NCBI GenBank assembly: GCA_938023515.1
Contig: CALJDR010000052.1
Span: 6,615 to 70,614, forward strand
DNA from: an uncultured Flavobacteriales bacterium
GTDB taxonomy: Bacteria; Bacteroidota; Bacteroidia; Flavobacteriales; UBA1820
Direction of reading: 5' to 3'
DNA: 64,000 bases
Numbering within the stretch: position 1 is the first letter of the stretch; every line of letters begins with the position of its first letter. The position numbers and the translations under genes were made by a program. The notes under the pieces were generated by a model that was given only the letters and a program-made list of their open reading frames with translations, was not told where the DNA came from and searched no databases. This document shows, one piece after another, positions 1 through 8,341 of this stretch.

Positions 1-71
1 GAGATATTTTACTTCATCAAATATAAGCATAACCGATTGAAATTCATATCTTTTTTGACAAAAAAACACAT

Positions 72-103
72 AAAAAAACCGGCGGGGAACGGTAAACCGC
101 CGG
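72..103 (-). terminator. Rho-independent terminator ending the minus-strand island operon
   Basis: Stem CCGGCGG (79-85) pairs with CCGCCGG (97-103). The A7 run at 72-78 is a U-run on the minus strand. Confidence 0.6.
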
Positions 104-139
104 CAAAGATTTTTATAAACCGTTTTAATATATAGAGTG

Positions 140-592
140 CTAACTATGGCTTCTATATGCGTCAAAAATGCGTTTTACCGTTTCGGCATTATGCGGATCT
201 ATCCATTCCTTCGCCACGTTCCAAGCTATCGATTTTTTGAAAGTCCAATTATCCACCTTTAAGGTATGATGGGACAGCCGCCCCTCGGTGGGCTTTAGAT
301 TTATATCGTGAAGCTCACAAAGTCCATTCCGGAAAAAAGTACATCCGTCATCCGTTTCCTGTGCTTGGATCATTAGGATCGGATATGAGAGGTGCCCGAA
401 AATCATTCCCGCTCCCCAATAAATTTTTATAAGCCTATCGATGTATCCGGCCTGGATCAGTTTTTCGATATCCTCCGGTGTACCCAGGCATACAGTATGC
501 CGGCATTGATCTTGACATTTTTGGCATTTACAGGATATTGGTTTTCGGCCTGTCCTGCGGGCGATTTTTTCCAAAGTACTTTCGTTTGTCAT
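140..592 (-). CDS. YkgJ-like (UPF0153) zinc/iron-chelating Cys-cluster protein
   Basis: N-terminal CKCQKCQDQC and C-terminal CTFFRNGLCELHD...KPTEGR resemble the CxxCxxCC ... CxFLxxxxCxIYxxRP pattern. The start overlaps the upstream stop by 4 nt. Confidence 0.5.
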   Translation of the reverse strand: MTNESTLEKIARRTGRKPISCKCQKCQDQCRHTVCLGTPEDIEKLIQAGYIDRLIKIYWGAGMIFGHLSYPILMIQAQETDDGCTFFRNGLCELHDINLKPTEGRLSHHTLKVDNWTFKKSIAWNVAKEWIDPHNAETVKRIFDAYRSHS

Positions 593-927
593 TTGAAGTG
601 TTTTATTAGATAGTTGTACCTTTCGTAATCATCCAGGAGGTAGGCCACGAAAGACCGGCCTTTATACGGCTGGCCATCGAAATTTTGATAGACTTTCCCC
701 CGCGTAACGCTGTTTGCTTCGACATCTTCCGGAGTGAAAAACTGCACGCCCTCCGGATCCGGCAGCTCCTTCCACTTCGGCCCTAAAATCATCTGCCGGA
801 TGATCCTGTTTGCATGGCGGTAATCTTCCACCTCGCGATGTACGGTATTACTTTTCCCGGTTACGATAATCAGCCAAAGGTTTCCCTTGGATCGTTCGAT
901 ATCTTTATTCTCGCCCATAATTGACAA
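589..927 (-). CDS. Hypothetical protein (112 aa)
   Basis: ORF is translationally coupled on both sides. No motif recognised. Confidence 0.45.
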   Translation of the reverse strand: MSIMGENKDIERSKGNLWLIIVTGKSNTVHREVEDYRHANRIIRQMILGPKWKELPDPEGVQFFTPEDVEANSVTRGKVYQNFDGQPYKGRSFVAYLLDDYERYNYLIKHFK

Positions 928-1561
928 TATCTATTTTTTCTTTGTGTGCCATGAGTTCCACCATATTCTTTACCCGGAGTTTCTTTAATACCCTGGCCTT
1001 ATATGTGCTTACCGTCTTTTCATTTATCCCCAGCTCATCCGCCGCTTCCTTATTACGCTTTCCGCCCATCAGTAAATTGATCACCTCTAATTCGCGGACA
1101 GACAGGGTTTTTATTAATTTCCGGCGCAGGCCATTTCGCCGGATCATCATTCCGCTTATGCTCTCTTTCATGTATATCCCACCGGCGGCCACCGTCCGGA
1201 CGGCGTGCAGCAATTCCTTGATCGATGCCGATTTATTCAGATATCCCATCGCTCCGGATTTTAGGGTGTACGGTGCATACAATTCATCCGGGTGCATCGA
1301 ATACATCAGTACCCTTAATCGGGGATATATGGTTTTTACCTTCCGCAAAACGTTCAATCCGTTGCCCTGGGGCATTTCGATATCAAGGATCAGTACATCC
1401 GTTTGGGGGTTGTCCGATAAAAGCTGCAGCGTGTCCTGGAGGTTATCGGTGCTGCCGATCAGCGTGATATCATCGGTGCCGGCAAAAATGTAGGATAGCC
1501 CCATTTTTAGGGCGATGTGGTCATCTACCACAATCACATTGATACTCTTTACTTTTTCCAT
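905..1561 (-). CDS. Response regulator, NarL/FixJ (LuxR-type HTH) family, with no kinase nearby
   Basis: Receiver motifs are VIVVDDH and VLILDIEMPQGNG. The C-terminal GerE/LuxR HTH is LSVRELEVINLLMGGKRNKEAADELGINEKTVSTYKARVLKKL. Confidence 0.85.
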   Translation of the reverse strand: MEKVKSINVIVVDDHIALKMGLSYIFAGTDDITLIGSTDNLQDTLQLLSDNPQTDVLILDIEMPQGNGLNVLRKVKTIYPRLRVLMYSMHPDELYAPYTLKSGAMGYLNKSASIKELLHAVRTVAAGGIYMKESISGMMIRRNGLRRKLIKTLSVRELEVINLLMGGKRNKEAADELGINEKTVSTYKARVLKKLRVKNMVELMAHKEKIDIVNYGRE

Positions 1562-2331
1562 GCTTCTGATAGTTTTATAGTTATTACTTTACTTAATACT
1601 TCGTTTATCCTGGTTATGGCACTTCCAAAGTGTTCGGCATTTTTTTCCATGCCAATAAAATTCCGATTGGTGTTAATACAGGCTATACCTGTAGTACCGC
1701 TTCCCATGCAATTATCCATTACGGTATCCCCTTCGTTGGTATAAGTACGAATTAGCCACTCATTCAGTTTTATGCTTTTTTCGGTAGGATGATACATTAT
1801 GCTGGGATGGGGCTTGGGAAAGCACAAAATAGAGGACGGGTATTTTTTCTCTCTATCGAAAAGGGATTTATCTTCTATCTGTTTGAAATCGCAATAATTG
1901 TTATTTACAATTTGCTTATTAAATCTTTTTTTTCCCTTGATATGCGATGGATCCCCCATAACCATTTGTGGGTTATAGGTTGGTTTTTTTTTGTAGAAAA
2001 TCGCGATATGTTCGTGCCTTCTCAATGGCATCCTGTTAGCATTTAAAAAACCGCTTGATAATACCTTGTCCCAAATCAAGTCATACCGAAACATTTTGCG
2101 ATTACTGCATACCAAATCAATAAAAAAGATACCTTGAGCAAATAAGGCTATTACACCGGTATCTTTTATTATCCGGGTATATTGCTCCCATAATAAATCA
2201 AAGGGGATCCTTTTATCTTCCGGATTTTTTGTAATTCCATAGGGCAAATCACATAATATCATATCCACGCTTTTATTTTCAATAGCTGGCATCAATTCAA
2301 GACAATCCCCAAAATATGTTTGTATCGACAT
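1549..2331 (-). CDS. DNA methyltransferase, beta class (N6-adenine or N4-cytosine), orphan
   Basis: Motif IV DLPYG precedes motif I DNCMGSGTTG, which is the beta-class order. No restriction endonuclease is adjacent. Confidence 0.8.
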   Translation of the reverse strand: MSIQTYFGDCLELMPAIENKSVDMILCDLPYGITKNPEDKRIPFDLLWEQYTRIIKDTGVIALFAQGIFFIDLVCSNRKMFRYDLIWDKVLSSGFLNANRMPLRRHEHIAIFYKKKPTYNPQMVMGDPSHIKGKKRFNKQIVNNNYCDFKQIEDKSLFDREKKYPSSILCFPKPHPSIMYHPTEKSIKLNEWLIRTYTNEGDTVMDNCMGSGTTGIACINTNRNFIGMEKNAEHFGSAITRINEVLSKVITIKLSEAWKK

Positions 2332-2332
2332 T

Positions 2333-5206
2333 TTATATTTTCATATCGGACACTTTCGCATCCGGGGTTTCTGCTATCACGAAATATTCCACCGATATCT
2401 TGGAATTTGGCAGTTTTTCCAGGATACGCCCGTCCTTGGCGTGGCTGTCCGGATTGAGCACATAGCCCCGGAATTTCACCCAGGCATCTAAATTCTTTTT
2501 GAAGCGGTGGGCAGTCCATTGATCCCGGCGGGCTCCGCCGTTGTTCAAAAAATCCGCATACATTTCGGCCCGTGGGATTTTATCGCCAAGTCGGTCGCAA
2601 ATGAAAGTATCCGCCCATTCCATAAAATTCATATCAATCTGCGTCAAAATCTGCCGCAGCTTCACGTTGCTCATAGGCGGGTTGATCTTTTGCATTTCCG
2701 GAACGCTGGCACATTCTTCCGTGGTGGTCTGCATATAAAATCTTAAACAGAAAGCAAGGAAATTGATATCTTCGTTCCATTCGGCCTCCGTGTACTTTTC
2801 ATCGAACAGGGTACGACCACCAAAATCGTCCATTATCTTATGTTCTCCCTGGTATTCGTCCCCGTCCATCTTGGCATGGTACCAATCCGAAAACACCGTA
2901 TAAAGCAAGCGGCGGCTGGTCGAAGGATCTTCCGGGATGATGTAATTGGATGTAAAGATGAATTTGGGGGACTTCTTGAAAGGGATGGTATAAGGCGGCA
3001 AATTCTTCGGGTTGATACTCATGCCGCCGGTGATCTTGGAAAAAAAGTAATCGAATTTTAGGTACCGGTTGGCATCATCGATCATAATTAAATCCGTGTA
3101 TTCCGTTACGCCCTGGAATAGGTGTTCCCGTTCGGTTAGGCGGCTGTCCCGGCCTTCCTGGTAGTACCATTTTGTAAAGTGTTCCAGGAAATTAAATACA
3201 AAGGATTTTCCGCTTCCTCCGTTACTGTCCCGTCCGTTGCCCAGGCGGTTATCCATCGCGAATACGGCCCAGGTGCGGGCCAGGTCTTTATAACTGTGCA
3301 ATAGGTATCCGATGGAGAATATCTTATTTATCAAGTGCTGTTTTTGCTCGGCAGCTTGTTCATCGGATAGGCGGGATCCGGCGATCTCAAAACGGTTATC
3401 CGCAAAATATTGATCCCGCATCCGGGCATCATCGCCGAAGCTGTCCCATTCGGTTTTCCAATGCACCCGCGAACAGTTTATTAAGATCTTGAAATAATTG
3501 GATGCTTTATCGAAGATTTTAATATCGTACCGCCTGGCAGCCGCATCCCATTCGATCCGGAAAGGGGCATCCTCGCGCAGCTTTACCCGGTGGGGGGATA
3601 TCGTATCTTCCCAGGCACATATCCCGTCCGGGATCCGCCGGTATTGCTCGATCTTTTCCGGGGTGATCTTCCATGCCGCGTTCTGAAAAAACATCCATTG
3701 GTGGTTCATGCCTGCCTTGGTAAAATCCAAGGCAAATTCTTTCATGTTGAACGTAGTGGCATCGGATATAAGGGTAGTTTTCATTATCGCGTCCCGCAGG
3801 GCCACCGGTAGCCGGCGCTGTTCGGCAAAGGCGTTGATCACCTGGCGCATTTCGGACACTTCGGCCTCGCGTACCACACCATCCTTGACATATACCACTT
3901 GATAGCCGCCTTTCGCGTTCGGGCTTTTTATTAGGCCGTAGCCTTTGCATCGCAGAAAATTAAAGGCATAGGTGGGCGATAAATTGTAGGTAAGTCCTCC
4001 GGATCGGCTGTTATAGCTTTCGTTCCAAAACTGCATCGGATAGGCCGTTTTGACCATATCACGGATATCCCGGATTACCACCCCGCGCTTGCGGTTTTTC
4101 TCGGCCTCCTTGTCCGCATCGGGGGTGTATTTCGATATCTTTAGATCCTGCATCCCGATCCAATCGCGGAAGTCCTTGCCGGGCTTTCCCCGGTAACTGC
4201 GTTCCTTGATCGTATCGGGCAGCCAAAGGGTAAGCAAGTCCAGGTATTTATCCGCCAGGGCGTTCGCGTACCGGATCCCTTCATCGTCAATATCCGGCAC
4301 GTTGATTATGGTGTTCGCGTATTTTCGCAGATTGGAATATACCGCGCCCGATATAGGTTCGCTTTCGCTATTGCGCCACACCACATTAAAGCCCGCTCCG
4401 GCCATATTCATCGCATCCCTGTCCCCGGACATGATAAATACATAGTCCACCTTTGCCGGGCCTTTCGACTTCTTTTCCTCCTGGTCATTCTCACCGGCGG
4501 GTGCGGGCTCTCTTTCGTTCAGTTTTTCATAGGTCGCTTCCAGGACATCCATACCGAAAAGAAAGGTATCCGGTTTTTTTCCGCAGTAGCGGAAGCGTCC
4601 GCCCTTGTCCTGGCTTAATGGTTGGTATATCTTGGCCCAATTTTTGAAAATCAGCGCGAACATGGGATAATCCGGGGTGGCCGTCCTGGTAACAAGGTTA
4701 TCCCCTTCGCGGCGTGTAAAGGCGTTTATTTGGTAAAAATGATATCGATGGCACGTTTCGGGTACGACCATCCCGCCCAGGACTTCCAGCCCTTTCTCCG
4801 TAAAGCCGTCCATTTGGTCGATTTTGTAATAATCCGGATCTGCGGCTGCCGGGGCTTTGCGGTATGTTACGGTAGGCTGGCTCATTACCACGGTGGCAGA
4901 CGGTAATTGTAGCCCCAGCTCGTCCACAATTTCCCGGAGGGCTTGGGCAAAATTCACGCCCCGCACGTGCATCCAATAATTGATGGCGGGACGGGGGACG
5001 GCATCGGCATTAAATACGGTCAATATCCAAAGGCCGTTTTTAGTCCTTACCAGCCCCGCAGACGCATTTTTTTCGCCATCAATACAGAAAGATATCTTTG
5101 CGGCAGAAAGGCTCTTGCGGGCCTTGTATAGGTCAGATCCGAGCAAGTGCTCAAATATCTGAAAACCGCCGTCCGTCAAGTCGTATATCTCGTCCGTATT
5201 GATCAT
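2333..5206 (-). CDS. Primase-helicase (Toprim-like N-terminal part plus P-loop NTPase, P4/VirE/D5-like)
   Basis: Toprim-like segment is FIMSGDRDAMNMAGAGF ... NVPDIDDEG. Walker A is NGGSGKSF and Walker B-like is LIMIDDA. The 957-aa protein is typical of phage, satellite or ICE replication proteins. Confidence 0.7.
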   Translation of the reverse strand: MINTDEIYDLTDGGFQIFEHLLGSDLYKARKSLSAAKISFCIDGEKNASAGLVRTKNGLWILTVFNADAVPRPAINYWMHVRGVNFAQALREIVDELGLQLPSATVVMSQPTVTYRKAPAAADPDYYKIDQMDGFTEKGLEVLGGMVVPETCHRYHFYQINAFTRREGDNLVTRTATPDYPMFALIFKNWAKIYQPLSQDKGGRFRYCGKKPDTFLFGMDVLEATYEKLNEREPAPAGENDQEEKKSKGPAKVDYVFIMSGDRDAMNMAGAGFNVVWRNSESEPISGAVYSNLRKYANTIINVPDIDDEGIRYANALADKYLDLLTLWLPDTIKERSYRGKPGKDFRDWIGMQDLKISKYTPDADKEAEKNRKRGVVIRDIRDMVKTAYPMQFWNESYNSRSGGLTYNLSPTYAFNFLRCKGYGLIKSPNAKGGYQVVYVKDGVVREAEVSEMRQVINAFAEQRRLPVALRDAIMKTTLISDATTFNMKEFALDFTKAGMNHQWMFFQNAAWKITPEKIEQYRRIPDGICAWEDTISPHRVKLREDAPFRIEWDAAARRYDIKIFDKASNYFKILINCSRVHWKTEWDSFGDDARMRDQYFADNRFEIAGSRLSDEQAAEQKQHLINKIFSIGYLLHSYKDLARTWAVFAMDNRLGNGRDSNGGSGKSFVFNFLEHFTKWYYQEGRDSRLTEREHLFQGVTEYTDLIMIDDANRYLKFDYFFSKITGGMSINPKNLPPYTIPFKKSPKFIFTSNYIIPEDPSTSRRLLYTVFSDWYHAKMDGDEYQGEHKIMDDFGGRTLFDEKYTEAEWNEDINFLAFCLRFYMQTTTEECASVPEMQKINPPMSNVKLRQILTQIDMNFMEWADTFICDRLGDKIPRAEMYADFLNNGGARRDQWTAHRFKKNLDAWVKFRGYVLNPDSHAKDGRILEKLPNSKISVEYFVIAETPDAKVSDMKI

Positions 5207-5209
5207 TTT

Positions 5210-5485
5210 TTATAAGTGCCGTATTTTAGTGTAGTCGTTAGAAAATTCATAGTCTGGATTTAGGTGTATCCAAAGGCAGCATAATTTTACGGCCAGCTCC
5301 TTTTTTTCGTCCGGAAGGTTGGCCAGGTTGTAACTGTGTCCCCGATCCAATCGATGTAAGGCCCGGAATACCTTTTCCTTGGTATTTTTTGCTTCTTCCG
5401 GGCCGTATTTTTCGTATAGGTCGAACAGTTCGCCCACATCGTTAAGTCGGTAGCGCGATAGATCTTCCGTATCAATGCTTGGCAT
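5210..5485 (-). CDS. Hypothetical protein (91 aa)
   Basis: ORF lies in the same operon directly upstream of the primase gene. No motif recognised. Confidence 0.4.
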   Translation of the reverse strand: MPSIDTEDLSRYRLNDVGELFDLYEKYGPEEAKNTKEKVFRALHRLDRGHSYNLANLPDEKKELAVKLCCLWIHLNPDYEFSNDYTKIRHL

Positions 5486-5795
5486 AGTATTCCCGTAGTT
5501 CCTTTTGTACTTCGTTCAAAAGTTCATCCTCGCCGTTTTCGTCCAAATTAAGGGCCCCGGTAAGGCTGGGTACCTTCCGCCGGATCTCGGCCAGGTATCC
5601 GCGTAGATCTTCCTTTTCAAGTTTTTGATCTTCTTTCGCCAGGCCGAGCACCGTTACCCGAAGTAAGGCCCTGTACTTTTGGTATTCGGGGGTGCCCTGC
5701 TTAACGATGGGATATTTTGCTTTTTTCATATTACGGATGGTTAATAATGCCTTTTTCTGCTTGTTTCCGTTGGACATCAGCAATGAATTTGCCAA
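5472..5795 (-). CDS. Hypothetical protein. The start is uncertain, and internal Met codons at 5777 or 5729 are possible.
   Basis: ORF encodes a charged helical protein. It overlaps the next ORF unless a later start is used. Confidence 0.4.
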   Translation of the reverse strand: MANSLLMSNGNKQKKALLTIRNMKKAKYPIVKQGTPEYQKYRALLRVTVLGLAKEDQKLEKEDLRGYLAEIRRKVPSLTGALNLDENGEDELLNEVQKELREYYAKH

Positions 5796-5952
5796 AACCG
5801 TCCAAACAAATACTTTTTACTTCATCCTTGTCGAAAGTGTTTTTCTCTGCTTTATCCAGCTTGGATAATATTTCTCCAATTACCAGATTGCCAACCAGCG
5901 TAAATAGAATTAAAGAGCTTGCGTTACTTTCTTGTGTTTCCATGATAATCAA
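5731..5952 (-). CDS. Hypothetical protein (73 aa)
   Basis: ORF evidence only. Confidence 0.3.
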   Translation of the reverse strand: MIIMETQESNASSLILFTLVGNLVIGEILSKLDKAEKNTFDKDEVKSICLDGFGKFIADVQRKQAEKGIINHP

Positions 5953-5972
5953 TTATTTAGTTATTAAATGAG

Positions 5973-6179
5973 TTATTTTTTACGAGTTATCTGCGTAATA
6001 GTGTCATCCACTTTCCGGACTGAAAAATGAATATCCTTGGTTTTTTTTAGCCGGCTGGCGGCAACACGGAGGGCCTGTGTTTCCCGATAATCGGCAGCGA
6101 TCAAAGTATAATCGCCCGGTTTGATTGACTCAAGAGTACCCGTCCATGTAACAGTAGTTTTTGGGGTTTTCGTATCCAT
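5973..6179 (-). CDS. Hypothetical protein (68 aa), first gene of the leftward operon
   Basis: ORF is divergent from the CI-like repressor gene. Confidence 0.4.
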   Translation of the reverse strand: MDTKTPKTTVTWTGTLESIKPGDYTLIAADYRETQALRVAASRLKKTKDIHFSVRKVDDTITQITRKK

Positions 6180-6210
6180 TACTTACTTACTTTTTTTATA
6201 TATATTAGCG

Positions 6211-6237
6211 TTGATAATTAACCGTGCTTATTATCAA
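6211..6237. promoter_or_regulatory. Palindromic operator candidate TTGATAAT-N11-ATTATCAA
   Basis: A perfect 8-bp inverted repeat (6211-6218 / 6230-6237) lies in the 106-nt divergent intergenic region between the early operon and the CI-like gene. Confidence 0.45.
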
Positions 6238-6285
6238 GGCAAATATATTACATAATGCAATAAATAACCAAGAAAATATAGCGAA

Positions 6286-6678
6286 ATGCAAATATTTAAC
6301 ATTATAGAAAGATTAAAGACTGTTTTTCAAGTTGATAGCGATGTTGATTTAGCTAAAATTTTAGGTATAAAACAGCCCACAATATCATCATGGAGAAAAA
6401 GAAACACCATCGACTATGAATTGATATTTACAAAATGTAATAACATTAACTTCGATTGGTTGCTTACCGGAGAGGGCAAAATGGAAAGATCAGAGGAAAA
6501 AAATGATGCTAAATGCGCTTTATGCACAGAAAAAGACCGTACCATCGCGGCCATGACCGATCAAATAGCCGCGAAGGATGAAATAATCCGACTCCTAAAA
6601 GGGGGAGGGAAAACACAACGTTCTGCCCCATATTCGGGCAATGTATCAGAAGGGCGCAGTTGCCAGCCTAAAGAGTAA
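6286..6678 (+). CDS. Phage CI-repressor-type HTH protein with a C-terminal coiled-coil segment
   Basis: LAKILGIKQPTISSWRKRNTIDYELIFTKCNNINFDWLLTGEG matches the CI-repressor HTH pattern (ends in DWLLTGEG). A helical segment TIAAMTDQIAAKDEIIRLLKG follows. Confidence 0.75.
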   Translation: MQIFNIIERLKTVFQVDSDVDLAKILGIKQPTISSWRKRNTIDYELIFTKCNNINFDWLLTGEGKMERSEEKNDAKCALCTEKDRTIAAMTDQIAAKDEIIRLLKGGGKTQRSAPYSGNVSEGRSCQPKE

Positions 6679-6713
6679 TTTTATAGTAAAATATTAACTA
6701 TCAAATAAATGAT

Positions 6714-7220
6714 ATGAAAAAAACATTATTACTATTGCTGACGCTGGGGCTGGTTATCGGGTGTTCATCCCCTGAAAAAGAGGCCCAAAAATTGATTACC
6801 AAACATCTGCAGGAAACCCTTGACGACTGGGGTAGCTATGAGTCAGTTAAATTCAGTGGATTGGACTCCGCTTTTACTTCGGTAGAAGAAACAGAATTAT
6901 ATATTAACACGTACAATAAATATGATAGCTTGCTTAAATCCGCTAAAAAAAACACTGAAAAAATGCTTTTAGCCTCTAACCAATGGGAATCTGCTTCATA
7001 TAGAGACCAAGCTGAATCGGATCTGTCTTTGGCAAATAGTTGCTATGATCTTGTTCTTTTTACTGATTCTATGTTTGTTCCCGAATTTAAAGGGTGGGCG
7101 ACGATCCATACCTATCGGGCCAATAATGTCCTGGGGGCAAAGATCATCACCAAAGAAAAATACACCTTCGATCCGGAGATAACCAAGATCATAAAAATCG
7201 AAAAAGTAGATGGGGATTGA
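6714..7220 (+). CDS. Lipoprotein, function unknown
   Basis: Signal peptide and lipobox are MKKTLLLLLTLGLVIGCSS. Confidence 0.6.
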   Translation: MKKTLLLLLTLGLVIGCSSPEKEAQKLITKHLQETLDDWGSYESVKFSGLDSAFTSVEETELYINTYNKYDSLLKSAKKNTEKMLLASNQWESASYRDQAESDLSLANSCYDLVLFTDSMFVPEFKGWATIHTYRANNVLGAKIITKEKYTFDPEITKIIKIEKVDGD

Positions 7221-7254
7221 TTTTTTAACATTATATCTCGATGCTATTGAATTG

Positions 7255-7302
7255 GTAGCGAGTACGTAGCGAGGTCTTGATCCGGGACAAATTCGGGACA
7301 AA
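7255..7302 (+). repeat. Two adjacent pairs of short direct repeats (GTAGCGAG x2 and CGGGACAAA x2)
   Basis: GTAGCGAG is at 7255-7262 and 7266-7273. CGGGACAAA is at 7283-7291 and 7294-7302. An inverted GTAGCGAG copy (CTCGCTAC) is at 7391-7398. Confidence 0.6.
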
Positions 7303-7402
7303 ACAGGCAAAAAAAAACGAAAAAACGAAAGAATAAAGGATTAAATAACAGGTAGTTACAAAAACGTGCTATAAAAAATAAAGTCCAGCTCTCGCTACAA
7401 CA

Positions 7403-7429
7403 AAAGCAGAGATTGTTCTCTGCTTTTTT
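7403..7429 (+). terminator. Rho-independent terminator
   Basis: AGCAGAG / CTCTGCT stem followed by T6. Confidence 0.6.
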
Positions 7430-7468
7430 ATTTATCTGCCATGAAAAAAGTATCTATTAATAATAGTA

Positions 7469-8107
7469 GTGATGGGATTATTCAGTTGCTTCCACAAAAA
7501 CCAATCGCCGGAAGAAGAGTTTTGGGGATGGTTCAAGGATTACGGGCAAGAATTTGTATCGTTGGGCGGAGTATCCGACGAAAGGATATACTCCTTATTG
7601 GATCCATTGGCAGAGCATCTTGAAGAATATTGTGCCGGATTAACCTTTGAAATAGGCTACGATGAAACCTCCAAAACATATGAATTAGTCATATCTGCGG
7701 ACGGGAACAAAAAACTGTTCCCGCAAGTAGAAAAATTGGCCGGCGATGCTCCTGTCATCAAGAATTGGAAAATAACCGCTTTCAGACAGCCCAAAAGCAA
7801 CCAATGGCCTATCCAGTATCAAGGATATACTTTCGACCCGGCAAAAATATTTTTCTACCCTTTAGGGAATGGTAGCCCGGATCTGACAAAAATAAATATC
7901 GAAGTCGTATATCCGGATTATGAAGGGGCTAATCACAATCTGTTTTTAGGGGGGACGTTTTTACTCCTCGATGCTTTGATCGGCGAAAAATCTACCGAAT
8001 TGGATATTGCCCATCTGGATGTATCCAAAACCCCTGATAATACCGGCGAATACAAACTATATCCTTTAAGCCAGCTTAGAGAGTATATAAAGTCAAAAAA
8101 ACAATAG
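7469..8107 (+). CDS. Hypothetical cytoplasmic protein (212 aa)
   Basis: ORF has no signal peptide and no family I can name with confidence. Confidence 0.5.
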   Translation: MMGLFSCFHKNQSPEEEFWGWFKDYGQEFVSLGGVSDERIYSLLDPLAEHLEEYCAGLTFEIGYDETSKTYELVISADGNKKLFPQVEKLAGDAPVIKNWKITAFRQPKSNQWPIQYQGYTFDPAKIFFYPLGNGSPDLTKINIEVVYPDYEGANHNLFLGGTFLLLDALIGEKSTELDIAHLDVSKTPDNTGEYKLYPLSQLREYIKSKKQ

Positions 8108-8170
8108 ACAGGCAATCGTTCTGAAATACTCTGAAGCCGGATTCGGTAATCCGAGGTTTTACCCGACTAA

Positions 8171-8199
8171 AAAGCAGGAACAATTCGTTCCTGCTTTTT
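8171..8199 (+). terminator. Rho-independent terminator
   Basis: AGCAGGAAC / GTTCCTGCT stem followed by a T-run. It resembles the 7403-7429 terminator. Confidence 0.6.
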
Positions 8200-8341
8200 C
8201 TTTTATAACCACCTATTATTATAGGCTCTATTCTATATTCCCGGGGGCGACAAAGAAACTGCGGACTTGGGGCTCTATAATCAAAGAATCGACATACACA
8301 CGGACATCGTCGGCATCCATCAGTGGAGAATCAATCTGCAT

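Noticed and set aside
7441-7623. A 60-aa ORF starts MKKVSINNSS just after the terminator at 7403-7429.
   Set aside because: It overlaps the much longer 7469-8107 ORF in another frame, and its sequence is Arg-rich with no signal-peptide character despite the MKK start.
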